This document shows positions 53,985 through 64,000 of a stretch of DNA of 64,000 nucleotides, one piece after another. This DNA is from Felis catus (taxonomy: Eukaryota), in assembly GCF_018350175.1 (NCBI RefSeq), contig NC_058368.1, positions 139,254,001 to 139,318,000 on the forward strand. The letters are read 5' to 3'. A program made the translations under genes and the position numbers. Numbering within the stretch: position 1 is the first letter of the stretch; every line of letters starts with the position of its first letter. Below the pieces are notes generated by a model, which was not told the origin of the DNA, searched no databases, and saw nothing but the letters and a program-made list of their open reading frames with translations.

Positions 53985-54204
53985 GGGGCGCCTGGGTGGC
54001 GCAGTCGGTTAAGCGTCCGACTTCAGCTCAGGTCATGATCTCGCGGTCCGTGAGTTCGAGCCCCACATCAGGTTCTGGGCTGATGGCTCAGAGCCTGGAG
54101 CCTGCTTCCGATTCTGTGTCTCCCTCTCTCTCTGTCCCTCCCCTGCTCATGCTCTGTCTCTCTCTGTCTCAAAAATAAATAAACGTTAAAAAATTAAAAA
54201 AAAA
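53985..54204 (+). mobile_element. Can-SINE B of the composite cassette
   Basis: Consensus body and long A-tail, followed by the TSD shared with the 5' side of SINE A. Confidence 0.94.
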
Positions 54205-54914
54205 AAAAAGAATGTGAGCCCTATAGTTGCCCCCAGAATTCTGCCTTGAAAGAGTATCCAGGCTGTGGAGCAGGGAGGGGAAAACCAGGTAGAGCCCAGC
54301 AGACTCCTTGAGTGGAGGTGAGAGGGACAGAGTTGGAGGAGACCACAGCAGCTAGAGTTTGCAGGACAGAGAACCAGAGAAGAAAGAGCTGTATAAAGAG
54401 AAAAATCCAGAGATCTGCAGAGGGCCCTCCTTGAGTTTGAGCCAATTATTGATTAGGACAGGCATGTAAGAAAATTACCTAAGGCTGTGAAAAAGAACCA
54501 CCTGAATGGATTATGGTATGTTGCCTGACCATAGGGAATTAAATTAGAAATGAATAACAGAAAGTTCTCTGGAAAATCCCAAAATATTTGGAAATGAAAC
54601 ACCTTTCTAAAAAAAAAATACGATCAAAGAAATCAAAAGGAAAATTAGAAAGTAGTTTGAACCGGAAAAAAAAAAAAAAAAGAATACAACATATCGCATT
54701 TTATGGGATGCCACTAAAGCAGTACCTGGGGGAGGGGGGATATCATAACATTAAACATTTATATTAGCAAAGAAGAAACATCTTAAAATCAGTGGTCTCA
54801 AATCACTGGTCCAAGTTTCTGTCTTAAAGAACTAGAAAAAGAATCAATGAAACCCAAAGGAAACAGGAGAGTGGAAATAATTAATACCAGGGTAGAAAAC
54901 ACTGAATTAGAGGA

Positions 54915-55055
54915 GACAGGGATAGGGATAGGGAGAGGGAGAGGAAGAGGGAGAAGAGGGGGAGGAGGAGGGGATGATGGGGAGGAGGAGGAGGGGAGGA
55001 GGAAGGGAGCGGGAAGGGAAGAGGCAGGGGCAGCAGCTGGTGATGGAGGAGGAGA
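54915..55055. repeat. Purine-rich (GGGATA)/(GGA)n low-complexity tract within the L1
   Basis: Direct inspection. Confidence 0.8.
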
Positions 55056-56074
55056 AAGACCAATGAAACCAAAAGCCAGTTCTTTGGGAAGGTCAGTATA
55101 ATTGATAAATCTTATTAGGGGAAAAAAAAAAAAGACAAATTACCAATGTTAGAAATGACTGAAGTATTATCACTATAGATTCTATCAATATTAAAAAGAT
55201 AGTAATAGGCTATAATGAATGCTTTTATGCCAATAAAATTGATAGCTTAGGTGAATGGAAAAATTCTTTGAAAGACAAATTATTAAACTCACACCCACAA
55301 AGATAACCTGACTAGCCCTATTGAAGAAATTGAACTTGTAGGTAAACAGTTTCCCATAAATAAGACTCTAGATCCAGATGGCTTCAATCGTAAATTCTAC
55401 CAAACACTTAAGAAAGAAATAATATTAATCCTACAAAATATCTCCCCCCAAAATTAAACATGAGGAAAATATGTCCCAACTTATTCTATGAAGCCATCAT
55501 TACCATTAGACTAAAACCAAAGACATTACAAGAAAACTAGAGCCAGAAATGAAAGACTGGTTTAGCATTTGAAAAAAAAAAAAATCTATCAGCAACAATC
55601 TATCAATAATTCACTATATAAACAAACTAACAACTTAATAAAACAACTCTACAAGATGATCTCAATAAATGAGGAAAAAAGTTAACAAAATTCAGCATTC
55701 CCTCCTGACATAAACTCTTAGCAAACTAGGAATAGAAGGAATTTTCCTAAACCCAATAAAAGACATTTGCAAAAATACACAGTTAATATCATTTTTAATA
55801 ATGAAAGACTAAGAATAAGAACAAGACAAGGACGACTCACTACTTCTGTTCAACAATGCCCTTGAGGTCCCAGCCAGTGAAATCAGTCAAGAAAAAGAAA
55901 TAAAAAACACTCAGATTGGAAAGAAAGAAACAAAACTGTCCATTCACAGACAACATAATCTGTAGAAAAAAAAGCTACAAGAATGAGAGTTTGACAAGTT
56001 AGCAGGATACATGCATAACGTATAAAGATCAATTGTATCTTTGTATACTCGCAGTGGACGATCAGATATTTGAA

Positions 56075-56291
56075 ATTAAAAAAAATTAGCATTTATTCAT
56101 TTTTGAGAGACAGAGAGAGACAGAGTGCAAGCAGGGGAGGGGCAGAGAGAGAGGGAGACACAGAATCCGAAGTAGGCTCCAGGCTCTGGGCTGTCAGCAC
56201 AGACCCCAACACGGGGCTCAAACCCACGAACCATGAGGTCATGACCTGAGCCAAAGTCAGATGCTTAACCAACTCAGCCAGCCAGGCGCCC
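56075..56291 (-). mobile_element. Can-SINE
   Basis: TSD agatattt(g/a)aa. Confidence 0.92.
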
Positions 56292-56518
56292 TGAGATATT
56301 TAAACATTTTAAAAGAATACTAATTACCATACATAAAATATATGAAAAACTTAAGGAAAAATCTAACAAAAAGGTACAACATCTGTATACTGAAAATATT
56401 ACTGAAAGAAAATTTCCAATATACAAATAGATGGACAGATAAACTGTGCTCATGGGTCTGAAGACTCAATACAACAACAATACCATCCCTCCTCAATTTA
56501 TACATTCCATGAATCCTC

Positions 56519-56736
56519 GGGCACCTGGGTGGCTCCGTCAGTTAAGCGTCCGACTTCAGCTCATGATCTCACAAATCTCACGATTCGTGAGTTTAAGCCC
56601 TGCATCAGGCTCTGTGCTGACAGCTCAGAGCCTGGAGCCTGCTTCAGATTCTGTCTCTCTGTCTCTCTCTGCCCATCTCCCACTTGCACTGTCTCTGTCT
56701 CTCTCAAAAATAAATAAAACATTAAAAAAAAATTTT
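56519..56736 (+). mobile_element. Can-SINE with a small internal duplication (atctcac x2)
   Basis: Degenerate TSD tata(c/g)attcca. Confidence 0.92.
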
Positions 56737-59719
56737 TTATAGATTCCACAAATCCCAATCAAAATCCCAGGAGGCTTTCTGGTAGATATTTGAGAATTCA
56801 TATTATAATGCAAAGGACAAAAACTAGCCAACCATCTTTGAAAAAAACTATAGGACTTACATTACCAATTTCAAAACTTCTTTATTATTAAGCTATAATA
56901 ATTGAGACAGGGTGATACTGACACAAAACTAAACAAGTAGATGAAGGGAGTAGAATGGAGAGATCAGAAATAAGCTCAAACAAGTTTTCACAAAATTACA
57001 AAAGCAATTCAGTAGAGGACAGTCTTTTCATCAAATGATGTTGTAACAAGTGAATGTCCATCAGCAAAAAGAAAAAAAGTGAAGGCTGATCTAAACCTCA
57101 ACTGCATACAAAATTTAACTCACTTGGCCTAAGTGTAACATCTAAAACTTGTTCTTAAAAAGCTTCTAGAAGAAAATGTAACCTTTGTGACTTTGGATTA
57201 CACACAGATTTCTTAGATACACCACTAAAAGCATAATTCATAAAATAATTTATCAATTGAATTTTGTCAAAATAAACAACTTCTGCTTTTTCAAAGACAC
57301 AGGCAGAAGAATGAATAGATAAACTGCACACTGGGAGAAAATATTTGCAAATCATATATCTGATAAAAGACTTATTTCCAGAATAAAGAATCTTCAAAAC
57401 TTGAAAAGAGGAAAACAAACAACCCAATAAAGAAAAGGACAAATTTTTGGATAGACACTTCACCAGGAAAATGTTAAGAAATAAACACATACAGAGGATA
57501 CTTAACATCATTAGGGAAATGTAAATTAAAACCACAATGTGATACCATTATATGCTTATCAGAATGGCTATAGTGAAAAAAAATGACCATACCTGGTGTT
57601 GCCAAGGATAGAGAAGAACTGGAACTTTCTTACACTGCTGGTAGCAATGTAAAATGGTGGAATCATGTTGGAAACAGTTTGGCACTTTCTTTAAAAAAAA
57701 AAAAAAAGAAAAAAAAATCTACTTATCAAATGATCCAGCCATTCTGCTCCTAGATATTTACTCAAGAGAAAAGGAAATACATATCTGGACAGAGATTTTT
57801 ACACAAATGTTCATGGCGACTTCATTTGTAATAGTCAAATTCTGGAACCAATTGAAAAAAAAAAAAGTTTGGAAACGATGTCAATACCCTTCAATGGATA
57901 AACAATCTGTGATATATCCATACAGTAGAATACCACTCACTTTGTAATTAAAAGGGATAAATTACTGATACATGACACAACATGAATAATCTCAAAATAA
58001 TTATACACAGTAAAAAAGTCAGGCAAAGAAGGGTATATACTATTGATTGCATTTATAAAAGTTTCTAGAAAATGCAAACTAATTTATAGTGACAGGATGT
58101 AGATCAGTGGTCACTTGAGGGGTGTGAGAAGAGACAAGAGGGAGGGACTAAAAAAGAGAATGAGGAAACTTTTGAGGGTAACGGGCATGTTCACTATCTT
58201 GAGTGTTGTGATGATTTCACGGGTATATACATGTGTCAAAATCCATTAAATGGTACAGTTTCATTAGTGGAGTTTATTGTAGGTCGACTAAACTTCTACA
58301 AAGCTATAAAAAAGAAAAAAGAAGATGCTGTCCCTGACATTGTTGAGCCATTCGACCAATGATAGATAGCTATCTGTCTCCAAATTTTTGATTATGAAAA
58401 ACAATGTAAAGAATTAAGCCATGGCAAGCCATTTTCCCCATATTTGCAGCTGGAAACAAAATTTGCTGCTACATCAACCCCAAACCGTGGCATACATATA
58501 AAGATTACAGAAAACTAAAGCTTGAAGGGACATTGCAGATTAGCCATGCAAAGCCTTCCCAGGCTCCCCCATTAAAAACAAAAACAAAAAGGAAACAGAA
58601 AACTAGAGGGACTTGCCCAGATCTGTTGGAAGATCCAGAAAAGACTCACATTGTCTTGACTCCCAAAGAGGGGATCTTTCTAAGTACAACATACTGCGGT
58701 GTGCCATTTCAATCATTATTTTCTAAATTGTATTTTCTTAAAACAGCAAAGACAAAAAAAATGCAGAGTGAAATTGAATGCGTACAAGAGGAATTAGCAA
58801 GAAGAATGGTTGTATGTTTTATAAATGAGGTAACGGAGCCTTGAGGTATGGGAAAGAAAGGTGATATTTTCTCCTAGACTCACAAGGCAAACATTGACAC
58901 TGGTCTCTTGAGGTAAGTAAAGGAAAATGACACCGCGTGCCTTAAACAATATCAAATGCAGAATTACTTCCAGGAGTCAACATCTGTCTCTGTTAGGTGT
59001 CCCTCTGAGCGTATGTGTGTGCCTGGAATAGCATCAGACATTTCAATCCTGATGTTTCCGAGGGTGTTCACATGTTAAAAGTGAAGTGTAAAAATTCAGT
59101 CATTCTGTGTTAGTTGACATTTTTTAAATGGCATATCTTTTTTGGTAATTTCACACTAAATTTGTTTCAGATTAGGCTTACTCATGAAGGGCTGAAAGTT
59201 TGTTTTATTCCTGAAACGGTCTCATCTTTGAGCCAAAGCCAAAACAATGAAAATTCTAGCTGAGGTAGAATAAGGAAATGAATATTTTGCCAAGTTATGG
59301 GTGATGGAAAACCTTCCTGGCTCCATATGCTATCAATATCTTATGTGTCAAACCAAAGTTAGGAACACGGCTTTCATCTGCGCGGTTAACTTTATTTTTC
59401 TGGGCCACAGCACCAACGCACATACTTTATAGAACTGCCCAGCTGAGAAAGGCTGATCTCTACTATTCTTCCTTTATAGGAAGAGTAACTCCAAATCCTG
59501 GTTCCCCAGGGATGTTGGAAAGTCAAAGGGACTTGGGGAAAAGTGACCGAAATGACTGAATTTTGAAAAATACAAACAAACTGTGAAGGAAGATGAAAGG
59601 AATTGAAATCACTCAGCCTCAGTGACAAGTTAAGAGGATACTGAATCTCCACTGGGTATTATCTTCCAGCCTCCCTGTCCAAATTCTGCTGGAATTCTTC
59701 ATGACGTTAATGACACCAT

Positions 59720-60020
59720 ATGGTAGACACTGATATTTGCCTGCCCAATATCCATTCCGGTCTCATCCCCATAAACAGAATCAAGGTCTTGTTTAGGAGT
59801 GGCAGTGCGCCCACCCAGACTACCCTCCCACATTCCCTTGCAGCAAGGGGTACCCATGTGACACTCATCTGACCAATGAGAAACAAGCTAGGAGTTTCTG
59901 GCCGGCTTCTCCCCCTGTTCTCCTGCACCACTCCCTCCAAGCCTTTTCTGTCACAGAGGCAGGAAGCCTGGAGGGACAGCAGCCATCTGGAGATAAAGGT
60001 AATGAGCATGAAGATGACGT
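59720..60020 (+). mobile_element. Old MaLR (MLT1) LTR fragment
   Basis: cccttgcagcaaggggtacccatgtgac...ccaatgag...gcagccatctg. Confidence 0.55.
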
Positions 60021-60261
60021 ACCAGGTAGCCAAGTGACTTTGTGAAACTCTCTGCCAGGAAGAATGCCCCTCAGGCATCTCAGTCACAGCAGGCCCAAAA
60101 GGGAACCCAGTATCTGCTCTTAGAATTTTCCTGTTTTGGTAAATGCCATCACCAGGCATGCCGTCACTATCATCAAAAACTTGGAAGTCACCCTCGACCT
60201 ACTCCCCTCACTCCCAAATCCCTACAATTCTGCCAGCCAAACATTGCCCTTATTGTGCTCT

Positions 60262-61270
60262 CTTATTGTGGTGAAATACACATAACACAATTTGCCATTT
60301 TAATGTATTGATTTGGTGGCATTTACTACATTGACAATGTTGTGCAAACATCGCTTCTATCTTGTTCTGGAATATCATCATCATCCCCTACGAAAACCCC
60401 ATGCCCTGTAAGCAGCACTTCCTATTCTCCCCTACCCCTGCCTCCTGGGGTAATTTGCTTTCTGTGTCTATAAATTTGTCTATTCTGGATAGTTCATGTA
60501 ATTGAAATCACACCACATGTGGCTTTTTGTGTCTCGCTTCTCTCACTCTGAGTAGTTTTCAAGGTTTATCTGTGTTGCATTACACATTAGTATTTCATTC
60601 TCTTTTATGGCCAGAGTACCCATTGTGTAGCTAGATCACATTTTGTTTATCCACTCATGAGTTGAGCGGTGTCTGCTTTTTTCTACCTTTTGGCTATTGT
60701 GAATCGGGTTGCTATGCACATTTGGGGATGTTTTTGTTCGAGTACCTGTGTCCATTTTCTTGGGATACCTGCAGGTGGAACCAGGTCATATAATAAACTA
60801 CATCGAACTTACTGAGGAACAGCCCCTATTTTTTAACAGTGGCTGGAAAATATTACATTCCCACCAGAAACTGGAGGGTTTCAATTTCTCCACATCTTCG
60901 CAACACTTGTTATTTTCTGTTTTGTTTTCCTCATAGTCATCCTAATAAGCGTGAAGTGAGATCTCACTGTGGTTTTGATTTATACCTCCCTAATGACTAA
61001 TGACATTGAACATCTTTTAAGTGCTTGTTGGGTGTTTGTGTACCTTCCTTGGAGAGGTAATTGGCTTGTTTGGTGTACAACTGCTCACGTAGAGTTCTTT
61101 ATACATTAGATATCAGATCCCTAGCAGATATATGATTTCTGAATTTTTCCATTCTTGGGTTGTCTTTTCATTCCCTTGGTAGTGCCCTTTGATGCACAAA
61201 ATTTTTAAATTTTGATGAAGTCCAATTTATCTATTTTTTCCTTTCATTGTTTGTACTTTTGGTGTCTTAC
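60262..61270 (-). mobile_element. Old L1 (L1MA/L1MB-type) 3' end
   Basis: ttattgtggtgaaatacacataacac...tacattcccaccag...atctcactgtggttttgattt...ttttgatgaagtccaatttatc. Confidence 0.85.
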
Positions 61271-61454
61271 ATCCACCTTTGAGTCATTTAATACATTCAC
61301 AGAGCAGGATGATATTTTACATACTTAAATCTGATTATCACTCCCCTCCTTAACACCTTCTATAGTCTTCCATTGCACTTAGGATAAAGCCCCAAATCCT
61401 CCCCATGGACTACAAGGCTCTGTATATATAATTTGGTCCCTGTCTTTCTCTTTA

Positions 61455-61571
61455 TTTTTTTTTTCAATATATGAAATTTATTGTCAAATTGGTTTCCATA
61501 CAACACCCAGTGCTCATCCCAAAAGGTGCCCTCCTCAATACCCATCACCCATCCTTCCCTCCCCCCGCCCC
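61455..61571 (-). mobile_element. Very short felid L1 3' end, inside an L2 remnant (~61290-61965)
   Basis: Same 3' end as 4485-4620; TSD gtctttctcttta at 61442-61454 and 61572-61584. Confidence 0.93.
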
Positions 61572-61665
61572 GTCTTTCTCTTTAGTCTCATTGTTCCCCA
61601 TTTCCCATCATCCTCTTTGCTCTCAGTTTCTCAGGTATGCCAGGCTCTCTTTAATCCCAGGACTT

Positions 61666-61871
61666 TATTTTTTTTTTTAATGTTTATTTATTTTTCAGAG
61701 AGAGAGAGAGAGAGAGAACATGAGCGGGGAGAGGAATGGGGGGGGAGACATAGAACTCGAAGTAGGCTCTGTGTTGACAGCAGAGAGCCCAACATTGGGG
61801 CTCAAACTCACAAGACACGAGATCATGAGCCAAAGTCAGAGGCTCAACCAAGTGAGCTACCCAGGTGCCCC
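61666..61871 (-). mobile_element. Can-SINE
   Basis: TSD taatcccagga(c/g)ttt. Confidence 0.9.
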
Positions 61872-62173
61872 TAATCCCAGGAGTTTCTCCTGTCGGGAAT
61901 GGTCTTCCTCACCTCCTCTGTATTTAGCTAATTCTAATTCAGCCTTCAGGTTAAGGATATCACCTCCCTAGTGTCACCTCCCTTAAGTGTCACCGCCCTA
62001 GGCGTCTTGCTTAACCCCCAGCCTCAAACTTGTTCCAGCTCGTGAGAGGTGCAGGTTTGCAACTAGATGTTAAGCAGGATCATTAGAAATTAAATTATAT
62101 AAACACAAATGCATTATATTAAGAACAAACATGTGAAACATTGCATCCTGATTATTTATTATGTTGTACTATT

Positions 62174-62386
62174 TAAAAAAAATTTTTTTTTATCGTTTAT
62201 TTTTGAGACAGAGACAGAGCGTGAACAGGGGAGGGGCAGAGAGAGAGGGAGACACAGAATCCAAAACAGGCTCCAGGCTCTGAGCCATCAGCCCAGAGCC
62301 TGACGCGGGGCTCGAACTCACAGACCGTGAGATCACGACCTGAGCTGAAGTCGGACGCTTAACCGACCGAGCCACCCAGGCGCCCC
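62174..62386 (-). mobile_element. Young Can-SINE
   Basis: TSD tattatgttgtactatt. Confidence 0.94.
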
Positions 62387-63069
62387 TATTATGTTGTACT
62401 ATTATCCACACTCCTGAGACCATCTACACCTGGCAGTACCATGTACTGGTCTCCTACCGTGTATCTCATCCCAACTCTGCCTTTGGTGGCAGGGACAGCC
62501 TGAAATCAGTCACAGTGGCAGCATTTACACAAAGGACACAAGGCAGGGTATTTTGGGGGTGGAGTAGGGGTAAGATTTACCAGCACAGCACCATCAGATC
62601 TCCCCCAGGTGCTGACATGGCATCCCAGACTTTGGTCTTTTCCACTCCCGTGATCTCTCAATTTATTATTGAAATAGCGGGTTTCCTGTTGGTGCTTCTC
62701 GTAAGGATGCCAACTCCACGAGGGAGGCAAAGCTGTACCTGCCACCCCCTGTTGATCGCTGCACTCCCAGTACCCAGCACAGTCAACAGCATACGATAAA
62801 CACTTAATGATTTTGTTGACAGGTTGTCAACAAGGCCCAAGGAGCAAGCTCTAACCTTTTAAACACAGAGGGGTTGACAGCAGGGATTCATCTAGATGAG
62901 TATGAAATCTTCCATTTCACGGACTGGGCTATCTTGAGGATGTACACACTGGTGATCACTTAATTATGTTCTGAACTTGACCAGGCTTGAACATGGCCTT
63001 GAGGATTTTTTCATTAGAAGATAGTCAGTGATGGCCAACGATGCTTTTCACCTTGGTTCTCTATACAGA

Positions 63070-63302
63070 CGTGCTGGTTTTCCCACCCTGTCTGTTGGTT
63101 TCCAGCAGCCTACCTCTGGCCTCTGCTCCATTCCACATGGCGTTCTTCCTCATATGTTTTCAACATCATCTTACAAGGACATCAGTCATACTGGATTAAG
63201 TAAGGGCCTACCCTTGTCCAGTGTGACCTTATCTAAACTAACTGCATCTGCACAGACCCTATTTTCAAATAATGTCACATTCTGAGGTACTGGGGCTTAG
63301 GT
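63070..63302 (-). mobile_element. MaLR (MLT1) LTR fragment
   Basis: cttacaaggacatcagtcatactggatta...cacattctgaggtactgggg. Confidence 0.7.
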
Positions 63303-63347
63303 TTAACTGTTAACTAGTAAAATACAACCATCTTGGCAAACAATTCT

Positions 63348-63578
63348 TTTTTTTTTTGTTTACTAAATTTTTTAAAATAATTTTTTATTTATTTTTGAGA
63401 CAGAGAAAGACAGAGCATGAACGGGGGAGGGTCAGAGAGAGGGAGACACAGAATCGGAAGCAGGCTCCAGGCTGTGAGCTGTCAGCACAAAGCCCGATGC
63501 AGGGCTCAAACTCAGAGTGTGAGATCATGACCTGAGCCGAAGTTGGACGCTTAACCGACTGAGCCACCCAGGTGCCCG
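63348..63578 (-). mobile_element. Can-SINE
   Basis: TSD ttggcaaacaattct at 63333-63347 and 63579-63593. Confidence 0.94.
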
Positions 63579-64000
63579 TTGGCAAACAATTCTGAAGGCA
63601 CTGGGTCTGGAGCTTTGCAATCCAGGTTCATTTTATTTAGAGACTTAGGAAGAATCACACGTCGTCAGGTCTGATCAGAAAAACCAGTATCATATGCCAG
63701 GCTAGCACTCTTACTTCCGAGAGGCCTATGTGGCTCTCACTGTATGTTCCCGGGAAGCTAAATGAATTAAAAGTGATTGTCAGAGTTATATATTGATGTT
63801 TCTGAAAGGCTCTGGAAAGTCTCTGGTTAAATGTGGCAGACTAAACACTTGCTTTTATCTCCACCATCTCCTGAAATCCCCCCCAAAATGAGAGGGAAAA
63901 AAAGTAGGGGAGGAATAGCCATAAATCATAATTTCTAAGAAAATGGAATGGAGGTAACTAAGATATAACAACAACAACAACAATAACAATAACAAAAGGT

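Larger units (their letters stand above)
53415..58320 (+). mobile_element. Ancient L1 (L1MD-like): 5'UTR, degraded ORF2 and 3'UTR, with four SINEs inserted
   Basis: 5' gacttctgtttctggctgagatgg; ORF2 relics (gaccatagggaattaaattagaaat, gatccagatggcttca, aatatttgcaaatcatatatctgataa); 3' aaaatgcaaactaatttatagtgacag...aaagctataaaaaa. Confidence 0.8.

Noticed and set aside
58533..58850. Possible exon (acag...gag|gtatgg) encoding MQSEIECVQEELARR
   Set aside because: Weak acceptor, no recognisable protein similarity and no partner exons

Overview
Mammalian, repeat-rich non-coding DNA from a carnivore, almost certainly a felid. The evidence is about 42 tRNA-derived Can-SINEs of feline type and two felid-type L1 3' ends. 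I find no intact protein-coding gene, RNA gene or CRISPR array. The main gene-derived feature is a full-length processed pseudogene of HNRNPA1 (~20341-22701, +). It derives from the short (exon-7B-skipped) isoform, apparently with the long 3'UTR, and is flanked by a TSD. It has lost its RGG box and carries three antisense SINE insertions, one of which is in frame and stop-free, giving a 256-aa chimeric ORF. The rest is layered transposon debris: MER21, MER34-like, LTR16-like, MLT1 and MLT2 LTRs, a solo LTR nested in another LTR, L1 fragments of several ages, L2, MIR and hAT MITEs. The most unusual structure is a SINE-unique spacer-SINE cassette (53583-54218) bounded by a single TSD inside an old L1 5'UTR. 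A small CpG-rich block at ~43.75-44.27 kb may be regulatory. Repeat family names come from my recall of consensus sequences rather than a database search, and the boundaries of old repeats are approximate. I see no evidence for a new multi-gene biological system.
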